From: Candidatus Wolframiiraptor sinensis
GTDB taxonomy: Archaea; Thermoproteota; Nitrososphaeria_A; Caldarchaeales; Wolframiiraptoraceae
Assembly (NCBI GenBank): GCA_023261815.1
Contig: JALNKA010000002.1
Location: 145,736-209,735, forward strand
Length of the DNA: 64,000 nucleotides
Reading direction: 5' to 3'
The position numbers and the translations under genes are program-made. The notes under the pieces are model-generated. The model was given only the letters and a program-made list of their open reading frames with translations. It was not told where the DNA came from and made no database searches. Below are positions 1-10,500 of this stretch, piece after piece. Numbering within the stretch: position 1 is the first letter of the stretch; every line of letters begins with the position of its first letter.

Positions 1-306
1 GGCATCGGAGGAATGCTCGCGGCCATAGCCGGCGGAGCAGCAGGTGTGACTCTCGGCAGCTTCATCGGCATGGTGATAGGCTTCGCATCCCAGCAGGTTT
101 TGGGGCAAACGATGGCCGGGCTATTTCTTCTAATAGCTAGGCCATCTAAGATAGGCGACTCGATGATCATAGCGGGCGAGGAGGGCGTGGTGGAAGACAT
201 TACAACGCTATTCACGATGCTGAGTAAAGCGGATGGAATCAAGGTTCTGATACCCAATAACGCGATAATAGGAGAAAAGATACTCTTGAAGCCCAGGGAG
301 CAGTGA
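1..306 (+). CDS. Small-conductance mechanosensitive channel (MscS family), 5'-truncated by window edge
   Basis: Frame open from base 1. IGFASQQVLGQTMAGLFL..RP.KIGD and GVVEDITTLFT...DG..VLIPN match the MscS TM3 and beta-domain pattern. Confidence 0.85.
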   Translation, partial: GIGGMLAAIAGGAAGVTLGSFIGMVIGFASQQVLGQTMAGLFLLIARPSKIGDSMIIAGEEGVVEDITTLFTMLSKADGIKVLIPNNAIIGEKILLKPREQ

Positions 307-390
307 TCGATCAACTCCCCACATTTTATTTTGCAAGTTGATGGACGAGCCCCCGGAAAAATCGTAATTAGCTGGGTCGCTTATGGATGC

Positions 391-1140
391 TTGGCTTTGC
401 TCGTGGACGTTCATTGTCATCTTACTGCACGGGAGTTTGAGGGCAGGGTGCTCCAAGTAGTTGAGGAGGCTGTTGAGGCCGGCGTGATGCTGATTATAAC
501 CTCCGGCCTGGGCTACCGGGATGCTCTCAAAGCCCTGGAGATATCAGATGGCGCGAGGGTTCATCCGTCGATCGGCGTGGCACCATACGATCTGGAGGGC
601 TACGAGGATGTTCTCGGGCTTATCGAGAGGGAGAGATCGAGGATAGTTGCTGTCGGCGAGGTCGGGCTTGACTACTGGCGCGGCGGCAGAGAGAGCAGAG
701 CGCTCCAGCAGATGGTCTTCGAGGAGTTCATAGATCTAGCCAAGGCACTTGACTTGCCGATAATAGTTCACTCGAGGAGCGCGGGGAAGTATGCTCTCGA
801 GATTTTGTCACGCAAGAGGGCTGAGCGCGTGATCATGCACGCGTTTGATGGCAATGCATCTCACGCGGCCAGGGCCGCGCATAGGGGTTACATGTTCAGC
901 ATACCCCCATCGATCGCTAGGAGCAGGCAGAAGCAGAAGCTCGTCGAGAAGCTTCCACTGGAAAACATTCTCTTGGAGAGCGATGCCCCGGTCCTCGCGC
1001 CCTCGAGAGATGAGGTGAATCGCCCGAAAAACGTGAGGATCTCGGCAGAGTGGATAAGCAGGATCAAGGGGGTCTCGCTGGATAAGGTTGAGGAGAAGAC
1101 CACTCAAAATGCTCTCGAGCTATTCGGATTAAGGGTATGA
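391..1140 (+). CDS. tatD: TatD-family hydrolase/DNase
   Basis: DVHCHL, VAVGEVGLDY, IIVHSR, VIMHAF and LLESDAP motifs. Start moved to the TTG just before LLVDVHCH. Confidence 0.9.
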   Translation: MALLVDVHCHLTAREFEGRVLQVVEEAVEAGVMLIITSGLGYRDALKALEISDGARVHPSIGVAPYDLEGYEDVLGLIERERSRIVAVGEVGLDYWRGGRESRALQQMVFEEFIDLAKALDLPIIVHSRSAGKYALEILSRKRAERVIMHAFDGNASHAARAAHRGYMFSIPPSIARSRQKQKLVEKLPLENILLESDAPVLAPSRDEVNRPKNVRISAEWISRIKGVSLDKVEEKTTQNALELFGLRV

Positions 1141-1193
1141 CCCGAGGAATCCGAGAAAGATCTAATTACCAGCCATGGCCTCTAACCTCCTAG

Positions 1194-2183
1194 GTGAGCT
1201 CTTTGAGCCTAAGAGAGGTATCAATGCTACCATGGGTTGAGAAGTATAGGCCGAAATCCCTCGACGAGATAGTGGATCAGGAGGAGGTGGTCAGCAGCCT
1301 GAAAAACATACTCCAGACCAAGGCTGTTCCGCACATGCTCTTCGCGGGGCCGCCCGGTGTAGGGAAGACGGCGACGGCGCACGCGTTCGCAAGAGACCTC
1401 TTTGGCCCGAGTTACATCGACGATGGATACTTCTTAGAGATAAATGCCTCCGACGAGAGGGGGATCCAGACTATCAGGGAGAAGGTGAAGATGTTCGCGA
1501 GGCAGATACCCATGGGGGAGTACAGCTTCAAGATACTCTTTCTGGATGAGAGCGATCAGCTGACTGATGATGCCCAGCACGCGTTCAGGAGGGTCATGGA
1601 GCAGTTCTCGGCGACGTGTAGGTTCATACTCGCCGCCAACTACAGCAACAGGATAATCGAGCCGATACAGTCGAGGTGCGCGGTCTTCAGGTTCAAGCCC
1701 CTGAACAAGGCTCACGTAATCCAGTACCTCAAGCGGATAGCGAATAATGAGGGGCTCGAGGCCGATGATCAGGCTTACGAGGTGATCTACGACTTCTCGG
1801 AGGGCGATATGAGGAAGGCGATAAACATCCTTCAGGCATGCGCATCCATCTCCAAGAGAATCGAGGAAAAGACAGTTTACGAGGTCATGGGATACGTGAG
1901 CAGGGGCGAGGTAAGAAAAATACTCGAGCTCGCGCTATCCGGAAAGTTCACGGATGCTAGAGATGAGGTGAGGAGGCTCCTCTACGTGCAGGGAATCATG
2001 CCCAGCGACTTAATCTCGGCGATCTACCGCGAGCTCTTCTACATCGACTTGGATGAGGGCGACAAGCTTGAGCTACTGGACCTGCTCGGCGAGGTGGATT
2101 ACAGGATATCGGAGGGAGCCACTCCCGAGGTTCAGCTCATGGCTTTTCTCGCAAGGCTCGCGGCGAAGAGGAGGCGGACTTGA
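1194..2183 (+). CDS. rfcS: Replication factor C small subunit
   Basis: WVEKYRP, GPPGVGKT, EINASDERGI, LDESD and IQSRC motifs. Alternative start ATG 1224. Confidence 0.97.
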   Translation: MSSLSLREVSMLPWVEKYRPKSLDEIVDQEEVVSSLKNILQTKAVPHMLFAGPPGVGKTATAHAFARDLFGPSYIDDGYFLEINASDERGIQTIREKVKMFARQIPMGEYSFKILFLDESDQLTDDAQHAFRRVMEQFSATCRFILAANYSNRIIEPIQSRCAVFRFKPLNKAHVIQYLKRIANNEGLEADDQAYEVIYDFSEGDMRKAINILQACASISKRIEEKTVYEVMGYVSRGEVRKILELALSGKFTDARDEVRRLLYVQGIMPSDLISAIYRELFYIDLDEGDKLELLDLLGEVDYRISEGATPEVQLMAFLARLAAKRRRT

Positions 2184-2194
2184 GGGTGTGATCC

Positions 2195-3484
2195 TTGACG
2201 GAACTCTGGGTTGAGAAGTATAGGCCGAAGCGGGTCGCCGATGTAGTCGGCAATAAGGAGTCCGTCGACGCCTTCGTGAAGTGGATGAAGCAGTGGGAGC
2301 TTGGGAGGCCGCCGGAGAAGAGGGCCGTTCTGCTCTACGGTCCGGCGGGCGTCGGGAAGACGAGCCTAGTCCTGGCCTATGGGAAGGAGCACGGCTACGA
2401 CGTCATCGAGGTTAATGCGAGCGATTGGAGGGATGAGGCCAGGATGAAGGCCGTGGTCGGGGAGTCATCGCTCCAGGCCACGCTGGATGGCTCCACGAGG
2501 AAGATAATAGTCGTTGATGAGGTGGATGGCGTTGCCGGGAGGGAGGATGCCGGCGGGATAGCGGCGCTGAGCAGGATAATAGACGAGACGAGGGTTCCGC
2601 TGGCTCTCATAGCAAATAATCCATGGGATCCGAAGCTTGCCCCTATTAGGGAGAAGTGCTTGATGCTCGAGTTCAGGAGGCTGAGAAAGGCCGAGGTCGT
2701 GAAGAGGCTTAGGGAGATCGCTGAGATGGAGGGAGTCAAGGTGCCTGACGCGGTTCTGGAGAAGCTCGCCGAGATGAGTGAGGGAGATCTCAGGTCGGCG
2801 ATAAACGACTTCCAGGCCATAACCGGTGGCAGGAAAATCGTTGATGAAAAGGCCCTGGAAGCGCTAGGAGCGAGAAACAGGGTTAAGGAGATATTCGACG
2901 CCCTCAGAATGGTCTTCAACGCGAAGTCGATAAGGGCTGCTAGAGCCGCGCTGGAGGGCCTCGAGGTAGATCTCGACATGATCTACACTTGGATACTTGA
3001 TAACACGCCCGATCAGATCCCAGATCCATCCGATCTGGCCGATGCCTTCGAGGCGCTGGCTAGAGCTGACGTGATGCTCGCGAGGGTGAATAGGAGGCAG
3101 GAGTGGAGGCTAATGCGCTACGCCATTCCAGTGATGACCGGCGGCGTTGCGCTCGCGAGAAGGCATAAGCCCTCGGGCTTCGTGAAATTCACTTTCCCAC
3201 CGAGAATCAGGTTCCTCCAGTCGACGAGCGCGGAGAGGGAGCTGAGGAGATCCATAGCCCAGAAGATCGCGGCCAAGCTGCATCTCTCGACGTCCAAGGC
3301 GTTGAGCCAGATGCTGCCATACATCTCATTCATAATGGCTAATGATGGGGGGATGGGCGACGCCATGGCGAGATACTTCGAGTTCACGGCATCCGAGGTG
3401 GCATATCTCCGAGGAGGAGAAGTCGAAAAAGTCGAGAAAGCTGGAGCGCGCAGAAGAGTGAGCCGCAGGGCGAGGAAGAGCTAG
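2195..3484 (+). CDS. rfcL: Replication factor C large subunit
   Basis: WVEKYRP, GPAGVGKT, EVNASD, VDEVDG and GDLRSAIND motifs; directly follows rfcS. Confidence 0.95.
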   Translation: MTELWVEKYRPKRVADVVGNKESVDAFVKWMKQWELGRPPEKRAVLLYGPAGVGKTSLVLAYGKEHGYDVIEVNASDWRDEARMKAVVGESSLQATLDGSTRKIIVVDEVDGVAGREDAGGIAALSRIIDETRVPLALIANNPWDPKLAPIREKCLMLEFRRLRKAEVVKRLREIAEMEGVKVPDAVLEKLAEMSEGDLRSAINDFQAITGGRKIVDEKALEALGARNRVKEIFDALRMVFNAKSIRAARAALEGLEVDLDMIYTWILDNTPDQIPDPSDLADAFEALARADVMLARVNRRQEWRLMRYAIPVMTGGVALARRHKPSGFVKFTFPPRIRFLQSTSAERELRRSIAQKIAAKLHLSTSKALSQMLPYISFIMANDGGMGDAMARYFEFTASEVAYLRGGEVEKVEKAGARRRVSRRARKS

Positions 3485-4641
3485 AGCTGCCTTCTCCTCA
3501 GTATTGACTCGAGCTCGGCTTGGAGTATCGTCGCCGGGATTCCCGGGAGCGAGACGTATGATCTTCTCCCCTTAGCCCCCTCGCTTCTCACGTTTATCCT
3601 GATTATTCCCAGGTCGTCGAGCCTCTGGAGATGCTCCCAGAAGCTCGTGTAGGCTCTAGGCTCGGCCGAGTATTCCTCGCAGACGAGCTGATAGTTCTGA
3701 TACAGGTCCGCTGCCGTGACGTATGCTTGCCCGCCTTGAAGCCCTCTCGTGAGCGCCAGTAGGATTAGCCGCTCATGCTGGCTGAGGAACTCGAGGTGCT
3801 CCCTTCTTATCGCCGGGTAAATGCTCGCCGCAGCCTTTCTCACGTGCTCCGGAGCGATCACTCTTGAGCTCTCGGCCTCAGCGTATTTTCCAGCCCTCCA
3901 TAATATATCGAGGGCGTATCTCGCGTCTCCCCTCTCGCCTGCCAGATCCGCGATGAGCCGCAGCGACTCCTCTAGGAGGACTCCGGGCATCAGCGCCTCC
4001 TCAGCCCTGAACTTGAGGATATCGTATAGCTGGCCGCTATCGTACTCGCTCAGGTGTATGATGTTTCCTAGGAGGGAGCTTCTGGTGCTCTCATCCAGCA
4101 GGTCGAAGATCTCGGGGTTCCTGGTGATCAGTATCGTCGAGATTCTCGGAGGCCTCTCCCTCTCCTCACCTATCCTGCTCAGCAGGTATAGGAGGTCCTC
4201 GCCCCTGCTTATCAGCAAATCCACCTCGTCTAAGGCGATGATCGCGTAAATGTCCTTCAGCTCGAGGTAGTTTAGGATTCTGTGGAGAAGCTCCTCATTC
4301 GCGAAGCCCCGCGCCCCAATCCTGGCCCTGAGCTGCTCGATGAGCCTAGAAAGTATCAGGAACGTGCTCCTGCTTATCCTGCAGTTCACGTAAAGAAACC
4401 TCAGGTTTACGCCGCTTCTCCTCGCCTCCTCCTCGGCCGTGGCACCGAATAGCTTGACGAGCGCGCTCTTTCCGGTTCCAACGGAGCCGGTCACGATAAC
4501 CCTCGTGGATATTGTGGAGGAGCCGGATATCACTCCGCTGAAAAACGTTTTGAGAAGCCTGAACTCGGCATCCCTGTGCGGGAGCCTGCTCGGAATATAG
4601 TCTGGGGAAAGCTTCTCCTCGGCCTTGAAGACCCTCACCAT
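3481..4641 (-). CDS. cdc6: Orc1/Cdc6 replication initiator AAA+ ATPase
   Basis: LSPDYIPSRLPHR, GSVGTGKS, YVNC, LDEVD and GDARYALD motifs plus a C-terminal winged helix. Confidence 0.95.
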   Translation of the reverse strand: MVRVFKAEEKLSPDYIPSRLPHRDAEFRLLKTFFSGVISGSSTISTRVIVTGSVGTGKSALVKLFGATAEEEARRSGVNLRFLYVNCRISRSTFLILSRLIEQLRARIGARGFANEELLHRILNYLELKDIYAIIALDEVDLLISRGEDLLYLLSRIGEERERPPRISTILITRNPEIFDLLDESTRSSLLGNIIHLSEYDSGQLYDILKFRAEEALMPGVLLEESLRLIADLAGERGDARYALDILWRAGKYAEAESSRVIAPEHVRKAAASIYPAIRREHLEFLSQHERLILLALTRGLQGGQAYVTAADLYQNYQLVCEEYSAEPRAYTSFWEHLQRLDDLGIIRINVRSEGAKGRRSYVSLPGIPATILQAELESILRRRQL

Positions 4642-4678
4642 GACCTCACTTTGATCCGGCGCGAAGCCCCATTAAAAG

Positions 4679-5221
4679 TTAGAGTAGCCTCAGCTGAGAC
4701 TTCGCCTGCTGTAGCCTCACGCCAATGATCTTGAGATCGCTCACCAGATCGCTTAGGAGAATTGTCAGGAGCTTCGCCCTTTCATCTTCGCGATGCTCAG
4801 AGACCATCTCGAGCATTCTCGAGAATGCGTTGATTGCTATGCTGATGGCGTCCTCGAATTCCCGGAGCTCTGCTCTCACGTCCACAGCTCTGGGAGCCTT
4901 GAGCCTGTCGCTAAACGCCGAGAGAATCTCGGTCAGCTTCTCCATGATTCCAGCCACATAAACTCCGCACTCCTTCTTGAGGCTCTCGAAGTTCAGGATC
5001 CTCAGGAAGTCGGCTCCGAGATATGATAATCCATCCTCGAGGTTTTTCGCGAGGAGTGATAGCCTGTTGGATGCGAGCGCTGCGTGAAGCCCTAAATCGC
5101 CGCCCGCGCTCATCGAGAACCTTCTCAGAAGACTGGCCATCTCGGAGAAGAGAAACCACATGCCCACTAGAAAGTCTATAATCGCGTTGATGGCATCCCC
5201 CTCTCCGGAGCCCTGGCTCAT
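4679..5221 (-). CDS. Hypothetical all-alpha-helical protein
   Basis: 180-aa ORF with host-like codon usage and amphipathic helical pattern; no recognised motif. Confidence 0.6.
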   Translation of the reverse strand: MSQGSGEGDAINAIIDFLVGMWFLFSEMASLLRRFSMSAGGDLGLHAALASNRLSLLAKNLEDGLSYLGADFLRILNFESLKKECGVYVAGIMEKLTEILSAFSDRLKAPRAVDVRAELREFEDAISIAINAFSRMLEMVSEHREDERAKLLTILLSDLVSDLKIIGVRLQQAKSQLRLL

Positions 5222-5346
5222 GAAAGCATCATTCCGGGCATCATCTTTAAGCCTTTCCTCACGGGATCACGCTTTCTCGGCCCAAGAGCCTCGGCGCCTA
5301 AGGCTTTTAAGGAGATGATCTAGATGAGCTTCTCGGAGTCACGGAG

Positions 5347-6771
5347 ATGAGTTTGGAGAATCGGTTTGTTAAGAGCTTCGTGCCCGGCCTCGATGAGGTC
5401 ATCCCCGGCTTTCCCCGGGGAGGGCTCGTGGTCGTCTCGGGCCTACCCGGATCGGGCAAGACGAGCCTCGGAATGAGCTTCATCTATAATGGCGCTATGA
5501 TCGCCGGCGAGCCGGGCCTATACGTCTCGACATACGAGAATAGGGAGAGATTCTTGGAGAACGCTGGCTCATTTGGGATGGATTTCAGGCAGCTGGAGGA
5601 GAGAGGCTTATTCGAGTTCATCTCGCTCCCGATCTTGAAGGAGGCAGGCATAGCCGAGTCATTCAACATTGTGATAGAGCGCGTGGAGTCGCTTGGGGCT
5701 AAGAGGCTCGTGATAGACTCCTTCACGGCGCTGAGGGAAGGGTTCAGGAGCCCGCATGAGGCCAGGATCCTCCTTCAGAACGTGCTTCATAGAGTTCTCG
5801 AGAGGCTAAAGTGCACGACGATGCTCGTCAAGGAGCGCGCATCCATAAGCGAGGACATAGGCTTCGAGGATTATGTGGCCGACGCGGTGATACATCTCGA
5901 GGCCACGCTCCTAGAGAATAGGATAATCAGGATAATGAGCTTCGAGAAGCTCAGGGGAGGAGAGATCAGGCACCCGAAACTATGCTTCACCCTTCATAAG
6001 GGATTTAGGGCCCTATCTCCGACGAGAACCCTGAAGCTCAGGGAGCAGGTGAGCTTCTCCCCGCCGCCGGATCCGCCCGACGGCTACACGACCGGAATCC
6101 CAGACCTCGACCACGAGATAGGAGGATACCCAAAGGGAGCCACAGTGCTTATGGAGATAGACCCCAAGCTCACCCCATCTCATTACCATCTAATACTCCT
6201 CCCAGCAGTCGCGAGCTTCATCCATAAGGGTAGGCTCGTCATAGGTATTCCATCCGGAGGAGTAACTGTCGTGGCGCTGATGAAGGCCGGGAAGCTTTAT
6301 GGAGTAAGCGAGGAGAAGTTCCTCAAGCAGACCGCTTTCTTCATAGAGTCCACGGCACCGATGGAAGAGCTTCCGAACGTGATAAGAGTTAGCTCGAGGG
6401 ATCACGATAAAGCACTACTCGACGTGATGAACCACGTCATCGAATTGAGCAGGAAATTCCGGGAGCCTCCATTCATCGGCATAGGCGTTGATAGGCTCAT
6501 CAGATTATATGGGGTAAATGCGGCGGTCAATTTACTAGCCATGGCGCAGGATCATGTGAAGCACTCCGGAGGACTCATGGTGCTGCTCGCGAAGCCCGTA
6601 GAGCTGGGGATCATCGAGAGGCTCGCGCCCATAGCCGACATCCACCTCAAGATCACGAGAAAATACGGATGCGTCATACTTCACGGAATAAAGCCCGGGA
6701 CGCCGCTATACGCGATCCAGACTGATCCGGAGTCCACGGCACCGCTGCCGGAGATAATACCCATAGTTTAG
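5347..6771 (+). CDS. KaiC/RecA-superfamily ATPase with degenerate second domain (GvpD-like)
   Basis: GLPGSGKT, LVIDSFT, YVADAVIHL and EKLRG in domain 1. Domain 2 starts TTGIPDLD but lacks Walker A. Paralog at 56298-57749. Confidence 0.85.
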   Translation: MSLENRFVKSFVPGLDEVIPGFPRGGLVVVSGLPGSGKTSLGMSFIYNGAMIAGEPGLYVSTYENRERFLENAGSFGMDFRQLEERGLFEFISLPILKEAGIAESFNIVIERVESLGAKRLVIDSFTALREGFRSPHEARILLQNVLHRVLERLKCTTMLVKERASISEDIGFEDYVADAVIHLEATLLENRIIRIMSFEKLRGGEIRHPKLCFTLHKGFRALSPTRTLKLREQVSFSPPPDPPDGYTTGIPDLDHEIGGYPKGATVLMEIDPKLTPSHYHLILLPAVASFIHKGRLVIGIPSGGVTVVALMKAGKLYGVSEEKFLKQTAFFIESTAPMEELPNVIRVSSRDHDKALLDVMNHVIELSRKFREPPFIGIGVDRLIRLYGVNAAVNLLAMAQDHVKHSGGLMVLLAKPVELGIIERLAPIADIHLKITRKYGCVILHGIKPGTPLYAIQTDPESTAPLPEIIPIV

Positions 6772-6786
6772 GCCGAGTTGCGAGAA

Positions 6787-6884
6787 TGGTGCGGCCGCCG
6801 GGATTTGAACCCGGGACCGCTGGCTCTCTCCGCGCATCTTCGCGCTCGGGGGGCCAGCGTCCTACCAGGCTAGACGACGGCCGC
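6787..6884 (-). tRNA. tRNA-Gly(CCC) with 21-nt canonical 37/38 intron, CCA encoded
   Basis: Reverse complement GCGGCCG-TC-GTCTAGCCTGGTAGGAC-G-CTGGC-CC-CCC-G-[AGCGCGAAGATGCGCGGAGAG]-A-GCCAG-CGGTC-CCGGG-TTCAAAT-CCCGG-CGGCCGC-A-CCA; a BHB motif can be drawn. Confidence 0.93.
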
Positions 6885-7021
6885 TCAGCCATATCCGAGG
6901 GCGTGGCCATATTTTTGCTTTTGTGATTATTGGAATAGGCTTGGGCTATTACCCTGATACTCATCCACTTTCACCCATCTCCCGAGGGTAAATTAAGGAG
7001 TGGAGCCTGTTATGGCCCAGG

Positions 7022-7552
7022 TTGGACCTGATGGCCGCTGAGGAGCTTAGGCGAGCTCTGAGAGGCGTAGAGATAGAGTATGAGAACTCGCTCGAAGAGG
7101 TCATCCTGCTCAAGGATGTTCAGAAGCTCATCCTGCCATCCGGCGCCCTCGAGGGCCTCAAGGCCGGCTCAAGCCTCAGGGTCTACCACTGGGTCGCGGA
7201 GAAGCTGCTCGAGAAGGAGCTCGCGAAGCCTGCTGAAGACCTCCTAGACGTGAAGATCATCCTGCAGCTCAGGTGGAGGGAGAAGAGCAATCCAGCGGAG
7301 CTCCAGCCTCTCCCAAGATACTTCTATCTCAAGGCCAGGAAGCTCGCATCAGAGGGCGGATCGGAGCTAATGATGCATCTGAGGGACATCTACTCGCTCA
7401 GGCTCGCGAAGATAATGGGCTTCGCCGCGAAGAGGATCCCGGTCTCCATGGTGCGAAACCTGACGGCCGAGGAGGAGGTATTCTACGGTCAGCTTCTGGA
7501 GCTCGTGAACGCGTGGCACGAGTTCGTGGAGGTGGAGGGCGATGGCCGCTGA
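7022..7552 (+). CDS. GINS subunit (Gins23-like)
   Basis: Overlaps the mcm start. WVAEKL, ELQPLPRYFY, LRLAKI and NLTAEE match a GINS pattern. Confidence 0.8.
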   Translation: MDLMAAEELRRALRGVEIEYENSLEEVILLKDVQKLILPSGALEGLKAGSSLRVYHWVAEKLLEKELAKPAEDLLDVKIILQLRWREKSNPAELQPLPRYFYLKARKLASEGGSELMMHLRDIYSLRLAKIMGFAAKRIPVSMVRNLTAEEEVFYGQLLELVNAWHEFVEVEGDGR

Positions 7553-10500
7553 GCCCGAGATAGAGGAGAGGATGCTCAACTTCTTCAAGCAGGAGAAGTA
7601 TAGATCGCTACTCGCGACGGCGGCGGCTCAGAGGAGGCAGTCCATACTCGTGGACCACAGCGACCTCATATCATTCGATGAGGAGCTGAGCCACCTGATA
7701 GTCAATGATCCGCTGAAGTATCTCCCGATACTCGATAGGTCGGCGTATAAGCAGCTCCAGGTCGAGGATCCGGATTACGCGGCGGCGCTTAAGGAGTTCA
7801 AGGCCAGGGTCTTCAACCTGCCGGACAGGGTACCGATCAGGGAGATAAGATCACATCACCTGGGCAAGCTGATAGCCGTGGACGGGATAATGGTCAGGGC
7901 GAGCACGGTTCGCCCCATACTCAAGACCGCGGTCTTCGCCTGCTCCACCTGCGGCGCGAAATACTTCTCATCGGAGGACCCTTCAGTGCCGAGGCTCAAG
8001 ACGCCGGAGAGGTGTGAGAGATGCAGGGGCAGGAAGTTCGAGATGATCCCGGAAGAGAGCGAGTACATGGACTTCCAGCTAGTCGGCATCCAGGAGAAGC
8101 CCGAGGACCTTCCGCCCGGCCAGATACCGAGGGTGATAGACGTCGAGCTTAAGGGCGATATCGTCGATCTTGCGAGGCCCGGTGATAGAGTTATAGTAAC
8201 CGGGATTTTGAGGACCATGCCGGAGCGCGACGCGAACACGCCTAGAAGAACGTCGAAGATGTATCTCGAGGCAGTCAGCATAGAGACCGCGAGCAAGGAG
8301 CCCGAGAGCCTCATCATAACCCCGGAAGAGGAGAAGCTCTTCAGGGAGATGGCGAGGGACCCGGAAATCCATAAAAAGCTCGTTGAATCCATCGCGCCCA
8401 GCCTATACGGGCTTGAGCACGTGAAAAAGGCCGTCATGCTACTTCTCTTCGGCGGAACGCCAAAGCAGTATCCAGATGGCACGAAGATACGCGGCGACAT
8501 CCACCTGCTACTTGTCGGAGACCCAGGAACAGGAAAAAGCCAGCTACTAAAATACGTCGCAATGATGGCGCCCAGAGGAATATACACGTCCGGAAGGGGA
8601 TCGACAGCAGCCGGCCTATGCGTCTCGGGGGACACCTTAATTTACACTGATGAGGGCATAACTCCGATACGGGATCTTGTCGAGAGAAATATGATGATGG
8701 GGTCTCAGAAGTTGCGTGAGGGGATAAGCATTGCGAAAAATCCGAAAATAGTAAAGATAATCGCTCCTTCGGAGGGACTTAAGAAGATTGACGTCCATAA
8801 TGCCGTTCAGTATTACAAGCTGAAAGCTAAAAGAGTAATCAGAATAACCACGGTTCTGGGTAAATCCATCGCTTTAACGGATGAGACTCCAATCTTATGC
8901 TCCGAAGATGGAAAGAATTTGAGATGGAAAAAGGCCTCCGAGGTGAAGGTTGGAGAATATGTGGCCCTCGCTGCAAAGCTCCCGGATCTAGAAGGTGATT
9001 GGAGGAAATGCTTCTATGATCTCGTAGGAGATGACGTCTTTGTTGAGATAGATCCGGACAAGCTAAATGAGCTGCTGAATAAGCTCTCAAATAAATTCGG
9101 ATCACTAAGAACTGCTGCATGGTATTTAGGCATACCGGAGGATTACCTATATTACCGCTGGAGGAGGTTGCTGCGCCTGAGGCTAAGCGCCCTAAAGACA
9201 ATTCTCAAAGAGCTCGGAATGAGTTTTGATGAAATAATACCGTACATCAAATCCGTAGCTTACAAGAGCTACAGAGGAACTGAGAGGGTGGTGATACCAC
9301 CCTATCCGAATGAGGAGTTCTTGGAATTTCTAGGAGACATATACTCGGATGGCTGCCTCATTAGAGATCAGCGCAGGAAGGAGTCCTACGTAATTCACTA
9401 TTCATCAGGTTCTATTAATGACGCGAGAAATTACGTCAAGAGGGTTAGGAGGCTTTTCGGACTTAATCCTAAAATTGAAAAAGATCCGCGCGAAGAGTGT
9501 TATATCGTCCGATTCTCCAACAAAATTGTGGCAAGGCTTCTAAGAGCATTTGGAGTCCCGGTTGGGGATAAGGGGATAAACCTAGCAATCCACCCAATTA
9601 TACACATTATGCCCAGAAGGCTTGTTGGTAGATTTCTCAGGCAGCTGTTCACCAATGATGGCGGGGTTATTAGTGGGAAATGCGTCTCTCTCTCAACGTC
9701 GAGCAGAATGCTTGCCGAGCAGGTTGACATGCTCCTCGGAAAATTCGGGATAATATCATCGATCCGAAGAAGGAGTCCGAGTGAAAGCCGCATCAATAAC
9801 AAGCCCGTGAGAAGAGAGCAATTGTATGAGGTGTCAATATACGACCTAGAATCCCTAAGAGTGTTCTTAAGGGAGATAGGATTCAGTAATCCGAAGAAGC
9901 TCCGGAAGCTACTCGATTTAATTAAGGCGAGAAGTGGGGGTCACAATAACTTTAAGCGCCTGAGCGATGAGATCATCTTAGTTAAGGTCAAGAGTGTGAC
10001 GGTGGAGGAGGTGAATGAGGTCTATGATTTAACGGTGAATGATTCACACGCGTTCGTAGCTAACAAGTTTATAGTCCATAATACTGCGGCGGTCGTAAGG
10101 GATAGTAGTGGGGGCATGATGCTCGAGGCGGGTGCGCTGGTGTTGGCGGATATGGGCGTTGCGTGCATAGATGAGATCGATAAGATGAGGCCCGAGGATA
10201 GGGTTGCGCTGCATGAGGCCATGGCCCAGCAGACGATTAGCATAGCCAAGGGCGGGATCGTTGCCACGCTCAATGCCAGGACCTCGATACTGGCGGCCGC
10301 GAACCCGACGCTCGGCAGATACGACCCCTACAGGAGCTTCACGGATAATGTTGATCTCCCGATAACGATACTCTCGAGATTCGACCTGATCTTCGTTCTC
10401 AGGGATGAGCCCAATCGCGATCTCGATGAAAAGCTAACAGATCACGTTCTGGGGCTCCAGTCTAGGTCGGTCGCGGTGACCTCGCCGCCCATCAAGCCCG

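Noticed and set aside
4642-5346. Replication origin beside cdc6
   Set aside because: Intergenic gaps are short and I found no ORB-like repeats or AT-rich unwinding element.
5230-6790. Element integrated at the tRNA-Gly 3' end carrying the KaiC-like gene
   Set aside because: No duplicated tRNA 3' end, no integrase, and host-like composition. The similarity between 6790 and 41820 is just two tRNA T-arms.
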